From assembly GCA_040285745.1 (NCBI GenBank), contig JAUFOR010000002.1, positions 868,001-932,000 on the forward strand: a stretch of 64,000 nucleotides of DNA, read 5' to 3'. The translations under genes and the position numbers were made by a program. Source of the DNA: Barthelona sp. PCE. Taxonomy: Eukaryota. The notes below the pieces were generated by a model, which was not told the DNA's origin, searched no databases, and saw only the letters and a list, made by a program, of their open reading frames with translations. This document shows positions 11,299 through 23,162 of this stretch, one piece after another. Each line of letters begins with the position of its first letter. Within the stretch, counting starts at the first letter, position 1.

Positions 11299-12489
11299 AT
11301 GGAGTTTGACGACGATTCTACTTTGTTTGTTGGATCAATTCCTTACACTTTAAGCAAAAATGGTCTTGCAGAGTTGTTCTCTGATTTCAACGTACTTGAC
11401 ATTGATTTCAAGCAAGCAACAGCACGATCGGGTGCAAACTATGCTTTTGTCTCCCTCTCAAATCGTAGGCAAGCACATATGGCTAGAAAACAGCTTCATG
11501 GTAGTGCTGTATCCAATAGATTTTTAATTGTTGACTGGGCTTATAGGAAGACGCAGCTTTATGTGTCTAATTTTGCTCCAGAAACAACTATTGATGAGTT
11601 AAATGAGGTTTTCTGCAAGTTTGGCGAAATTTATCCTCAATTTACAAAGGTTATTTATGATTACTGTACATATGGATTCATCATTTACAAGAGCCATAGC
11701 GGAACACGTAAGGCTGTATGTGTGATGAACGGAAACCGTCATCCCAAACTCGGACATAAGGCTCTACGTGTCAACTATGGTAGTGAGACATACATAAGGC
11801 ACGCGATATGCTTAATATGGGAGCCTCTTAGCGAGGAAGTGCTAAACAGAGATGTTATTGCCAATCACCTACAGAGTGTGCCGGTTCCCCTCAAGGCATT
11901 GGACGATGATGTAACTGACATCGACATCGACTCTGAAGTGATGATGAGTGATCATTTGGAGAGCCTGCAAGTCGTACACAAGCTCGATAAGTCAGTGTGT
12001 TTTATTCACTTTTCTGACAGTCTGGAGGGTGAGTATTGTGCTGAAAAACTCATTAATAACGTACCTGAATTCGAATTTGGTATCCCTAGTTGTAATTTTG
12101 TCATTAGCAGAAATCAACGAAACAACAGTGCTGGACAAAGTGGTCAAACCAACGCCAAAAGTAAGTTCAATTCATTCTTGGTTCAGAACAAGAACAAACC
12201 CCAAAACAGTCAAAATAATCAGAATAATCAAAATAGTCAACCTGTCAAAAACCGTTCGCTTCCGGATTTCCCATTATATTCATTTGATACAAGTAATGGT
12301 AAGGCGAATGCTATTGATGGTCAACAGCCATCCACTTCTAAATTCAATTTTTCTGCACCTACAACAACAGCTTTTAACCATTCATACATGAACAGTTCTC
12401 CCTTTTTTTTTAACCAACAGATTGTTCCTAAGGATGAACAAAACGATCAAAATGATAACATTTTTACTCCAAAGCTAGATTTCTTTTAA
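11299..12489 (+). CDS. RRM-domain RNA-binding protein with Q/N-rich C-terminus
   Basis: RNP2/RNP1-like LFVGSI..NYAFV and LYVSNF..TYGFI; QNSQNNQNNQNSQ tract. Confidence 0.85.
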   Translation: MEFDDDSTLFVGSIPYTLSKNGLAELFSDFNVLDIDFKQATARSGANYAFVSLSNRRQAHMARKQLHGSAVSNRFLIVDWAYRKTQLYVSNFAPETTIDELNEVFCKFGEIYPQFTKVIYDYCTYGFIIYKSHSGTRKAVCVMNGNRHPKLGHKALRVNYGSETYIRHAICLIWEPLSEEVLNRDVIANHLQSVPVPLKALDDDVTDIDIDSEVMMSDHLESLQVVHKLDKSVCFIHFSDSLEGEYCAEKLINNVPEFEFGIPSCNFVISRNQRNNSAGQSGQTNAKSKFNSFLVQNKNKPQNSQNNQNNQNSQPVKNRSLPDFPLYSFDTSNGKANAIDGQQPSTSKFNFSAPTTTAFNHSYMNSSPFFFNQQIVPKDEQNDQNDNIFTPKLDFF

Positions 12490-12780
12490 TCTCATACTTG
12501 TGCTTCCCCCTTTTTCTTCTTTTCTTCAGTTAGTACAGTGATAGTAAATACTAATCCCCTTCCGATGTGGAAGAAGCATTTGTATGTAGTACGCTCATAC
12601 ATTGAAACGGAAAGAAACCCTGCACATTATTAACTTCAAGCAAAACAATGTGAAGTATTGAATATGCAAAACGAGCTATATGATGTATATTAACCTTGAA
12701 ACACCCTTTATAATCAGCTTATATACTCCTATTAATGTTATTTCGTTTTCTACCCTTTTCTCAATTATTTGCGATTTTAG

Positions 12781-15700
12781 ATGCAAATCCAGGTCAATAT
12801 GGAAGAGATCCTTGATGTATGTTTTCCTTTTGTGCGGTTTAACGAATTCTATGGAATCAACAAATTTTTTTTGCGATAAGACCGCCAGTTTCATTAATTT
12901 AATGAACAAAATAACTGATATTTAGCTCGTTGAAATGGGAATTAACCCTTCAGCTATCAAATTCTCAACTCTAAGGATGCCTAGTTCGAAGTGGATTATC
13001 GTAAGAGATGTTGATGGTGACAATCTGTCTTGGGTCAACGTTGAAACCAAGAGAAAGTTTTCTCAAGCAATGAAGGCTGATTCTTTGGAAGATGTGGACA
13101 TCCACCCTTCATTACCACATTTAATGATTCGTACCGATTCAACAATCCAGATTGCTGAGATCGATGATGAAGGATCACTTAGCCCCATCAGTTCTACTAA
13201 TGCTACTGTTATTAATCACGCAAGTTTTGATTCTGACGAATCTATGTTTGTTATTACGAACACCCACTTCTGTAAGTGGAGCTACAGAACCGAGCAGACC
13301 CCTAAGCCCATCTTTGCTATCTCCCCTAACATTGTTAGTGGTGCCATCACTGGTGTTATCAAGCATGCTTCTTGGTACGGTGTTTCTGCACTCAATGAAG
13401 GTCTCAAAGCTGATATCCAACTGTACGACACAAGCAAGGGAAGCGGTCAAGAAGTCACAGGTTTCTGCCCCTTCTTCTACAACAACCGCGTCTCGATCTG
13501 GCACGACGGATCAATCAAGATGGCACCCATCACTGAGGGTGTAGCACCTGTTGTCCTCAGTCTCCCCCTCACCGGTGAAATTCCCATATCAGCTTCTTTG
13601 TATGGTGGTCTCATGTTTATCTTCACTAACAAGGGAACCATCTACGGAGTTAATGATACAGGCATTATCTCCCAGTCAAAGACTGAGTTCATCGCACGTG
13701 CTGTTGACAATTTTATTGTTACCAAGTCCGGTAAAGTCATGCGCATGATTGTTCCGTACGATCAGCTCCTCAACTACAACCTTTCACAGAAACTCTACCA
13801 AGAGGCTGCACAAATCGTTGCATCCACCCCTGAGCTCCGTAGCGTCTCCACAATGGAGCGTTTCGAAGGATACTCCAAGGAGGCTCTTGTGTCTTACCTC
13901 AGTGTATTACTCGAATACACTCTGAACGAGTACGAGACGGTGAAACTCGTTTCACTTCTCATTGAGCAAGACAAGCTAGATGCTGTAGAGACCTTCATTA
14001 AACAGGATAAGTTGACGCTCTCATATGAACTGGCAAGCATGTTACGAAACGTTCACGAAAAGCTCGCCACCCGTGTATTTATGTCTCTCAAAATGCACGA
14101 AGAAGTGTGTCTCACCTTCATGAAACACGAACGCTATCAGATCTGTCTAAAGTACGCAGAACAGATCGAGGAGGATATTGATTGGTACAGAGTGATGAAT
14201 GATAAGCTCTGCGATTTATTGTTAGAGAACGGTACCATTCAGCCCGCTGATGCCATCAAGCACTTTGCTAAATCTGATCTGCAGTATGCCACCAAGCTTC
14301 TGGTCGAGCATTCCCTCTTCGCCGAGTGCGCTCTGCCAATATTTGTTGAGAACCTCAACAGTGGAAATTCCGAGATCGCTCTCAAGTTGATCAAACTTCT
14401 CTTTTTGGAGAATGATGAGACAGAAAACACCATGCTCGCTGAGGAGTTTCTTTCTAACTCGCGTACATATGAGTTCTACGCAGGTATTCTGCTTCTTTCA
14501 AACGACGAGGAGGAGATCCTGAGCACCCTTCGCGAAAAGACTTCTGCTCTCAAAGATACCATCGACACCGATGTACTCAGTCATGCTCTTGTCAAGATTG
14601 GGGTTGAGTCCATCCCGTCCGTTCTCCTGTACGTTCTTAAGAACTTCGAGCTTAGCGAACAGGACCTCATAACACTTGTCTCATCGTTGTTATCTGGATT
14701 TGACCTTAGTGTCGTCATCCAGCCCCTCACCCAGCAGGGATACCACAACATTGTCTTCAGTGTTGGCCTTTCTCTCATTAAGGCAGGATCCAGTCTCAAG
14801 GGTATGGAGTACTTCTTTGTTGAGGCTTGTGTTAGCACCGAACAGCTCAATGTGCTGGAGGAGTTCTTACGCGTGCAACCCATAGGCGACGACGAGGTTG
14901 ATCCAATTAAGAACTTTTTGTTCAAGAAGAAGCTGTCCAACCACCTCCCTCTAATCACACTGTGCGATCGCTACTCTGTCTACCTGCACGATATGGTCAA
15001 CTATTTTTACGCTTCTGGACGTCTCAACATCATTGAAGCTTATCTCGCTCAGTTCCAGCGTGCTACAGACAACACTGATGTTGTTTTTGCTTCTCTCCTC
15101 GATATTGGTGTCGCTTCCAACGAAATACAGTCACTTTTATTGGGGCTCGAGAGTCAGTTCAACTTTGAGAAAGTTGTCAGCGTTTTCGAGAGTAAGAACT
15201 CTTTGAAGATTCTCAAGCCCGTCCTCGAAAACATCATTGCAAGCAACTCAATCGATCCAACCATTCACACCGCCTATCTCAAGGTTCTCATACTGGAGGG
15301 ATCGTCAAAAGTCAAGGAGCTTCTCGCCACAAACGATTTTTATGACACAAGGGGTATTGGTCTATTCTCTGAGAACATTAACCCCAGATATTCGGTTCTT
15401 TGTTTTAAGAAGGGCCAGCACTGGCAGGAATACGTTGATCTCTGCGTCAACAACTCGTTCCTCAAGGATCTTGCTGTCGACGCTGTCCAAGAGAAGAGTA
15501 TCTTGGAGCTTTGCCTCACTGCTGGTCATCAAGACATCATTGATATGATCATTAATGTTGGTATTGACGAGCTTAGCGATCCAGATCTCTTCAGCGAGAT
15601 AGTCCAGTCTTTCTTGCACCTTTCCGATCCAATTAACCTCATTAAATTGCTCGAAAGAGTTATTCTCCGTCCTACTGTGTTCTCTGACAACGAGGACCTT

Positions 15701-17596
15701 CAAACATTACTCATGGGTTACGCTATTAACAACAAAAGTGACAGCATCATGGAGTATGTCGAGACAATGGACAAGTACAACATTGGCAAGATCTCTAAAC
15801 TTGCAATCAAGGCTAACCTCTTTGAGGAGGCATTCCGTATGAATGTGCGCTTTGAGCGATACCAGGATGCTCTCAAGATTCTGCTGAAGAACATTGAGGA
15901 CTATGAACGCGCGCTCGAATTTGTGCAGAAATATAATGAGGTTGAACATCATAAGATCCTTGGTGCCTACCAAATCAAGCGTGGTCTACTCATTGATGCT
16001 GTTAGCTCTTTCCTTCTCATCAACGAAGTTGACTTCTTCAACGAGATCGTTGCTCATATCGCCACCAACTCTGCAAATATCCTTGAGCTCTATAATGAAG
16101 AGCAGTGTACCCTCATCATCAAATATCTTCAGGCTGTCCGCCATTCAGGTATCCAAGATCAGGGACTTTACACCGAACTCGTATATATGCTCAGCATTTG
16201 CAACAGATACCTCGAAGCTGAGGACTTATTGGAGAGTAGCAGCGGTACCATCAAACTTGACACTCTGGGAGAGCGTCTATTCGATGCTAAGAAGTTCGAT
16301 CTTGCTCTTCGATTCTTTAACAAGGCTGGTCTCTATCACAACGTCGCTCTCTGCAACCTCGAGTTGGGCAACCTTGAGGCTGCACTTGATGCTGCCAAGC
16401 AGTGCAACAACATTGAACTAGTTAAGGAAATCCTCGTCAAGGCTCTCGTTGCAGGCAAGTTCTCCATTGTCAAGATTGCTTCTCACAAGCTCATATCCTC
16501 TATGGAGGAGGTTGATTTCATCATTGACGCTTTCATCAAAGCGAACGAGGTCGATGAACTCCTTTCCCTCTTGGAGAGCTTGATCAATTTGGACAAGGTT
16601 ACACCAGCTCTGTTCACCCGTCTCGCAATCCTCTTTGCTGATTACAAGCAAGAGAAGATCATTCCGTATCTCAAGGTGAACATCAACAGAGTCAACATCC
16701 ACCTGCTCAAGAAGTACTTCAACGAGAATGGACTGTTTAAGGAGCTTCTGTTCCTCGAGCAGCACGATAAGAACTACGACAGCTGCATCCAGATCATGAT
16801 TAACAATAAGGATCTTTATGACGCCGATCAGTTCCAACTCTACATTTCCAACTTGCTTAACCTCGAGCTCATGTACACAGCACTTGCATTCATCATTGCC
16901 GAGCACCCTGAGGCCCTCAGTGGTTTACTCCGCATCCTTGATAGCGACAGGCTCGATAAGAAGCGTCTGATCAGCATGTTTGAAAAGGAAGGTCTTATGA
17001 GTGTTCTTGTTGAGTTCCTTGAGCGTATATTACAGAAGGAAGATTCTTCTCTTGTGAACGAAACGCTCATTGCTTTCTACCTTGAAGTATCAGATTTGGT
17101 TAAACTAACCGATCTTGCAACTAACAAGAACAACTATGACTATAACAAGCTTGTTAAAGTGCTTCTTGAGAAGGATTACCTTCAGGCTAAATTGCTTGCT
17201 GGAAAGATCTACTCGAAGCAACGTCAATTCAAGCAGGCTCTGGATATCTATCTTTACGATGAATTGTATGTAGAAGCCATTGAATTAGTGTATGTCAGTG
17301 ACTCTACAACTCTTGCAAAGAGCCTGTTGACAACACTCGTCGAGCTGAAGGAGGATGAAGGATTTGTAGCAATGCTTGTTAAATGTCAGCATCTTCTCAA
17401 TGTTTCTGAAGTTATGCAACTCGCCTGGGAGCACAAGTTGTCCCATCTTGCTATGCCCTTCTTCATCAAGAGTATTAATAAGTATGAGCAGCGTATGAAT
17501 CAACTCGAGTCTGCTGTTTCTGACATGAGAGAATTTATGTCTGATATCCGTGAAAGAGAGCGCAAGTATTCCGAATTCGTTAACTCCAAGTCGTAG
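12781..17596 (+). CDS. CHC: Clathrin heavy chain (divergent), two exons: 12781-12816 and 12926-17596
   Basis: Spliced N-terminus MQIQVNMEEILD|LVEMGINPSAIKFSTLRM matches the CHC N-terminus; LPLITLCDR, LIKLLERVIL, LFEEAF, LFTRLAILFADYK, LAWEH..AMPFFI. Confidence 0.92.
12817..12925 (+). other. Spliceosomal intron in clathrin heavy chain (109 nt, phase 0)
   Basis: GTATGT...ACTGAT-ATT-TAG; joins a 12-codon ATG exon in frame to the long ORF. Confidence 0.88.
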
Positions 17597-17662
17597 CTGT
17601 AATAGTAAATACGTGTTATGTTTGTAAGTTTTTTTCTTTCCCTTTTCGCACTTCTTTTTATT

Positions 17663-19018
17663 ATGTTAACATCATATATTCCAAGAACTCTATCTGAGGA
17701 TCATTCTCTATTGCTGGAGATGCTTAAAGAGTTTTTTAACGAACGAAAAGCATTGGGTCTTCCTCTTTTTACTTCACCTCTTATGGCTCATGGGCTTATG
17801 TCTGCTCTACCTGACGCAATGCGCATGTGTTTCTTGCAAATGTTTTTATTAGCAGAAGATGGTGTGCTGAGGTTTTCTAACCTGAATAGATTTCTCTCTC
17901 AGACTGATATGAAACTGACAATCCGCCAGCTGACGCTCATGAACGTCATCACAAAGGTGGATAAGACATTTGTAATTGAACAGTCGTTTTTTGAAAATTA
18001 TGGATCCTACCGCGCTAGTATGCTTCCTGTTTCTGCGAACAACTGTATAGAGTCGACATCTGATGATATACAGCACCTCCAGTCATGTATGGACATGCTC
18101 CGTCTGGCGTGCTGCCTGCTGTTGGTTGAAACGGATGATCGCGTTGATCAGTTTGGTGCTTTCATCGACTCAAAAGAGGATGATGTCCCTGAGTGCATAT
18201 TTGCCATGTTTGAGAATGCAGGAATTCGCTCTGACAGTGAGCAGTTGCTAACATTTTCACTCATGCTACTACCAGAACAACTTCTTTTTCTGGTAGATCC
18301 CCTATTTGCTCATAACAGTACTTACTTCGAGATGTTCATCGAGCTCGCGGTCATGCCACCCATGTCACCTGTTCCGCAGCGCGTTTCTGATGAGAGTGAG
18401 TTCCTTGCCATTTTGGAAGTATGTGGAGCTGTTCTTAATGGTCGCACAACCCAATTATTTGAGATTTTGCTGAAAAGCGACGCAGAAAAGTTGCATGAAA
18501 TACACAACCATCCGAAACTTGTTGTTGAACCGGATTTGAATATGTACGTTTACACAGATACCGTATTGGATTGCCTTTTGTGTTCAATTTTTGTTGACTA
18601 CACGCCTGATACGATATACCCTGGCTTCGCAGTGGCATCTTTTCAGGATAAAAGAACACTAGGATGCTGCAGCAACCTTAAAAAAGGTTTTGGGTCCGGC
18701 ATTACAGTTCACCAGATCGAGAAATTCGTTACCACACATCTGCATCCGAAAGCACGTTCAAAGGAGATTCCTACAACTTTACTTGAGCAGCTAAGGTTTT
18801 GGCATCGTGATTTCTACGGTTTTCAGACATACAACGTTGTGCTTGGTGAGAAACTTCCACGTGGAGATAAAAAGCTCAGCCGTTTGCTCGAACGTACAGC
18901 ACCTGTAATCACAGCCAACATCACACGAGGCGATCAGACAACGTTCTGGGTTGCAGTTCATGACAACGGGTCAGAACCAAGAGATCAGCTTCAGCAAGCC
19001 ATTCGCTTCAAGGTTTAG
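17663..19018 (+). CDS. TFB2: TFIIH subunit p52 (Tfb2/GTF2H4), divergent
   Basis: LVVEPDLNMYVYT, GITVHQIEKFVTTHLHP, IPTTLLEQLRFW match Tfb2 C-terminal motifs; ATG 17618 is an alternative start. Confidence 0.75.
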   Translation: MLTSYIPRTLSEDHSLLLEMLKEFFNERKALGLPLFTSPLMAHGLMSALPDAMRMCFLQMFLLAEDGVLRFSNLNRFLSQTDMKLTIRQLTLMNVITKVDKTFVIEQSFFENYGSYRASMLPVSANNCIESTSDDIQHLQSCMDMLRLACCLLLVETDDRVDQFGAFIDSKEDDVPECIFAMFENAGIRSDSEQLLTFSLMLLPEQLLFLVDPLFAHNSTYFEMFIELAVMPPMSPVPQRVSDESEFLAILEVCGAVLNGRTTQLFEILLKSDAEKLHEIHNHPKLVVEPDLNMYVYTDTVLDCLLCSIFVDYTPDTIYPGFAVASFQDKRTLGCCSNLKKGFGSGITVHQIEKFVTTHLHPKARSKEIPTTLLEQLRFWHRDFYGFQTYNVVLGEKLPRGDKKLSRLLERTAPVITANITRGDQTTFWVAVHDNGSEPRDQLQQAIRFKV

Positions 19019-21123
19019 TTAAAAATCCAATCCAGCTCTTGATTGGGAGACAACACATCCTCCGTCTCAATAGGTTCCATGACGTCCAGTTTACCTATAC
19101 TTACATTAGGACTCAATGGTGATGTTCCCACCATGCTTCCCATACGCGTCGACATTAAGAGTCTGGAACTCATTTTAGCCGACATCCGACCTGTTCGCGC
19201 TGATGTTGTAATGGACTGTGCCATCTGCACCTGTTGAGCTCGCATTTTTCGCTCTAAATCCATAATCTCTTCATCTGTAATTGGTATTTCATCAAGGTTC
19301 TTCTCCTTTATCTCGCGTTTCGTATCATTGATCCCGTGTGCGACTCTCTGCAACGTGTTAACCGTCTTTGCTGTCAAATCTGTAAGCTGGTTAGCATACG
19401 TCAGCGCCATCTGCTTCTGTTCATCCACGATATCTCGTACTGCCTTGATTTGCACCTGCCGCTTCCTTATCTTTGGATCATTTTTGCGCTTCATATCTGT
19501 ATATGTAGCCCAAATGCGGAAGAAATTCTGCATGACGATACGATCAAACACATCCTTGAACTGCTTGAATTCATCAATCTCCTCCGTCTCACGCTTCCAG
19601 TTTTTCAGAACGCCAGGAAGCTTCTTGACATTGCTAACGTGGTTCTTGCGTAATAAATCAACTGTTCCTAGCCATAATTTATACAAACTCTGTATGTGTA
19701 CCAGCATATCATCCAAAAAAACTTGAGACACGCGGAACAATGGATTAATCTCCTCAATTGCATCCTCCAGTCCATCGCCAATGATGGCAACAGGCATTAT
19801 CGGCCGCAACCCCTTCGGCATTTCATCCTCGCGCAAAATGTGGGCGGTGTTCAGCCTCTGCTCAAAAAACTCAAAGTAAGATTTCAGTAAGTGGATATGC
19901 TTCCAGTAACGAACACATTCAAAGCCGTAGACCAGGCGCCGACGATGCTTAAACTGCTCTTCAAGATTATACGTTCTCAACCTATATTTGTATGCAGCAC
20001 GCCACATTACGAATCCACGACGCTCTATCTTCCTGTTTCTTATTGTTAAAAATGCATCTAAAAGCTGAAACCGTTGTGATTTGCACGTGATTAGATGACG
20101 AAAACTTTTAAAAACCCGTTTTTTTAAAAAAACATCATACACACGCATTAAGAACAATATCTTCTCGCGGAGATCACGATTCCACTGCACAATGCGATCT
20201 AGACGTTCCATATAAAACCTCAACATCCGAGTCCGATGGGACTGCATCACACGTACATATGCTGCAAGAAACGGAGCTCGTTTCCGAGCACGATACCGTC
20301 TAACGAAAGCGCGCATTGCTGTGAAAATAATAATTCGATGGGCTATGTCTCCAAGAGATGAATCGTGCATATTCTTAATCCTGCACAAAATATCGCTCGG
20401 ATCAAGTTTCTCCTTCTCAAACACTTTGTTCGTTAAAGATACTGGAAGTCTCAGATGTTTGGGTTTGCGATGCCGTGCTGGCATGGGTGCAAAGCCTAAT
20501 GAGCTTTGAGCCTTACGCTCAGGTCTTGTATACTTTGTAACCGGTGATGCACTCAAACTGGGGAGTAAAATTGTTCCTGTACTATTACGGCGCTTTCTCG
20601 GCTCAGTCCTTTTCCGAGCAACCTTCTTCTGCGACGCACTGCGCTGAAGAACAGTCTTTGGATTTGCTTTCAGCTTTGGTATTTCAGAAAATTCTTCCGA
20701 CGGCCTCCACTTCTTGGGCAATTGTTTGGGACCTCTACGAAGAATATCATCTCCGAAAATCATCCTTGCAACATCCTGCATTCGTTTTGACTTATTAGCA
20801 ACCGGAATACCATGCAGTTCCGCTGAAGTCTCATTATTGTAGAGGTTCCTGTGTAACACATTTAATGAAGCTTCAGATTTAGATCTATAGTTGGACAAAG
20901 ACGAATGGTTTGTAGGAATATGAGGCATTTTTGGCTGAACATGGTCCAAACTAGGTAGTAAAAAGTTTTGATCATGTCGTGAAAGATGCGGTTGTAACCT
21001 GCGTTCAACCTCCTCCATCTTTTTTCTCAAAAGATTAGCTTCAACCTCTTTTGTATGTGCCTCTTTTTGCTTGAGGGTTGCCTCAAGCATTCTGTACTGG
21101 TTGAAGGCCTGTTTATGGCTCAT
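19015..21123 (-). CDS. Basic alpha-helical/coiled-coil protein with F..W repeats (Sfi1-like at best)
   Basis: 702-aa ORF from ATG 21123; FVMWR, VRYWK, LKNWK, FRIWA spacing. Confidence 0.55.
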   Translation of the reverse strand: MSHKQAFNQYRMLEATLKQKEAHTKEVEANLLRKKMEEVERRLQPHLSRHDQNFLLPSLDHVQPKMPHIPTNHSSLSNYRSKSEASLNVLHRNLYNNETSAELHGIPVANKSKRMQDVARMIFGDDILRRGPKQLPKKWRPSEEFSEIPKLKANPKTVLQRSASQKKVARKRTEPRKRRNSTGTILLPSLSASPVTKYTRPERKAQSSLGFAPMPARHRKPKHLRLPVSLTNKVFEKEKLDPSDILCRIKNMHDSSLGDIAHRIIIFTAMRAFVRRYRARKRAPFLAAYVRVMQSHRTRMLRFYMERLDRIVQWNRDLREKILFLMRVYDVFLKKRVFKSFRHLITCKSQRFQLLDAFLTIRNRKIERRGFVMWRAAYKYRLRTYNLEEQFKHRRRLVYGFECVRYWKHIHLLKSYFEFFEQRLNTAHILREDEMPKGLRPIMPVAIIGDGLEDAIEEINPLFRVSQVFLDDMLVHIQSLYKLWLGTVDLLRKNHVSNVKKLPGVLKNWKRETEEIDEFKQFKDVFDRIVMQNFFRIWATYTDMKRKNDPKIRKRQVQIKAVRDIVDEQKQMALTYANQLTDLTAKTVNTLQRVAHGINDTKREIKEKNLDEIPITDEEIMDLERKMRAQQVQMAQSITTSARTGRMSAKMSSRLLMSTRMGSMVGTSPLSPNVSIGKLDVMEPIETEDVLSPNQELDWIFN

Positions 21124-21166
21124 CACATGTTGAAATGCTGAAAAGGTTAAAAAATTTATATCAACT

Positions 21167-23092
21167 TTATTCCTTGCTTTCTATGATTCTCAAAAAGGAA
21201 AACCCCATAAATTCACCAATTAAGGATCGGGTATCCATATTAAATGCGACATCATCACTACCATTGAAAGTAAACACCACTTTTTGCAATAAATCTTCTT
21301 CTTTATCAAAAACAATATATTGGAAAGTGTTTCTTGTAACGCAGTGCACTTCTGTACGACATTCATCATCGGCTAACCTCTCAAAAAACTCATTAATATT
21401 CATGAGATTGAAAATTGGAGTGATGCCAGAAAGCCCAACCTCATACACATAGCCTCCCCCAACAAAGTGTGATTGCGTTATCCAAACGCCCTCGTTTTTG
21501 TGTCCATTGCTGTCAATCTCGCCAACAACTTTGAAATTATCATCATCTCTTACACACAGAACCCATTTTTCAACGAATCCAATTGCAATCATTTCCCCAA
21601 ATGGGTTCTTGACAAAACAACGATCTGCTCTTCTTAGATTTCTGGGCCGAAATATCCCATCTATATTCCTCACTTCACCATCCTTGGAAACAAAGCCATA
21701 TTTGTCGTGGAAGTCCACAAACACAAAGCCTTCTGATACAACAACACCGCCTACCACATTTCTAACATCGATTTGGATTAAGACATCATTGCACAGCAAC
21801 TTCAAAGCATAAAGCTCCACAAAAACTACAAAATCCTCACCCGCCCAAAAATGAGAAACATAATCATTGCTGATAACTGTGGATGACGCTTTTCCATTCT
21901 CATCAACCGTAACATTTTCCAATTGACCATGCTTGACTCGATAACCTGCACTGATACCCTCAGTGATCACTGAGTGCCGATTTTCAAAGTCAAAATAAAC
22001 TCTGAATCTGTCTTTCTCTTGAGCCAAATCAAAAAATTCACTTGCTTTCTTTTGCAAAATTCTAGGTGCAAAAGAGAAACATGCCATTATGGTAGAGATG
22101 TCACACAACACATACTCACCAATAGTGTTATTTTCAGTATCAATACAAACAACCTCACATCCTGAAACTAATGAAGATACCCAGTTTGAGTCGTTGATAT
22201 CCAGCTCCTCTCTGAAAGGGAGTATCGAAATACCATATCTGTCATTATACAAATGTACTACATCATTATCGATGCGCAACAAAGCAGAAAACGGTTTGAC
22301 TGAGTCTCCTCCTTTCTTCATCCTCCTTGTTTGGAATGTCTCGCAATCAATTAAGTAACAAATTTCGCTACCGTCGACGAATAAAACACATGTATTAACG
22401 TTAGTGAGTGGCACAACCGCGTCAAAATACATATCGGGAGGCAAAACCAAAAGAGTTTCGATTTCAAGTGATTTAAGATCGAAGTAGAACAGAGTACAAG
22501 GCTCAAGGTTATCATGATGTGTGAGGATAAGAGTGTTCATGTGTGGATCGTTCAGCGTACTGACGAACCCATGACCTTCAAATACATACAAAACGGTTCC
22601 AACATCATCTTCCCAATCAATGACACGCATCCTGATTGGGCCCACAAAGAAGCCTTCGTGTGGGTGCAAAAGGATGTGGTCTGGATCAAGTGCTGTTCCT
22701 CTTGAATAGCGCTCAAGATCTGGATCAATGAAAACATATTCTTGACGTTTAAACTCACTAAATGATCGAGTTACATCATCCCATGTGTAAAAAACGGTTA
22801 AAATTTTGAACCCCTCATCAACAAACTGTGTTTTCAAAACATAAAAGTGATTAGAATATACACACTTCCTTACTTCAAGTTCTGTCCCAATGTCACTAAC
22901 ACAAATTCTTTTCACCTCATCAAGACCCAGATTTTCAACGTCTAAAACGCCCAAATTAACAGAATCTTCTGAATTCTCATTTCTCAACTCTAAATACAAT
23001 AATTCAGATGAAAATCTCTTATTGAGAACTAGTTGCTCACCTTCTTTCCCGTTGCTAAGATTTAAAGGGAAAGTTTGAATCTCACGTCCCAT
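21167..23092 (-). CDS. Hypothetical beta-rich protein of a divergent lineage-specific family
   Basis: Long ORF from ATG 23092; composition and C-terminal motifs resemble ORFs at 36648 and 37847. Confidence 0.65.
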   Translation of the reverse strand: MGREIQTFPLNLSNGKEGEQLVLNKRFSSELLYLELRNENSEDSVNLGVLDVENLGLDEVKRICVSDIGTELEVRKCVYSNHFYVLKTQFVDEGFKILTVFYTWDDVTRSFSEFKRQEYVFIDPDLERYSRGTALDPDHILLHPHEGFFVGPIRMRVIDWEDDVGTVLYVFEGHGFVSTLNDPHMNTLILTHHDNLEPCTLFYFDLKSLEIETLLVLPPDMYFDAVVPLTNVNTCVLFVDGSEICYLIDCETFQTRRMKKGGDSVKPFSALLRIDNDVVHLYNDRYGISILPFREELDINDSNWVSSLVSGCEVVCIDTENNTIGEYVLCDISTIMACFSFAPRILQKKASEFFDLAQEKDRFRVYFDFENRHSVITEGISAGYRVKHGQLENVTVDENGKASSTVISNDYVSHFWAGEDFVVFVELYALKLLCNDVLIQIDVRNVVGGVVVSEGFVFVDFHDKYGFVSKDGEVRNIDGIFRPRNLRRADRCFVKNPFGEMIAIGFVEKWVLCVRDDDNFKVVGEIDSNGHKNEGVWITQSHFVGGGYVYEVGLSGITPIFNLMNINEFFERLADDECRTEVHCVTRNTFQYIVFDKEEDLLQKVVFTFNGSDDVAFNMDTRSLIGEFMGFSFLRIIESKE

Positions 23093-23162
23093 AATGAATG
23101 AAAAATATAATGCATCTTTCACTAGTCTTGTAGTTTATTATAAAAAGTCAAAAATGGCAACT

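Noticed and set aside
12676-12925. Short ORFs on both strands upstream of clathrin
   Set aside because: Explained by clathrin exon 1, its intron and promoter
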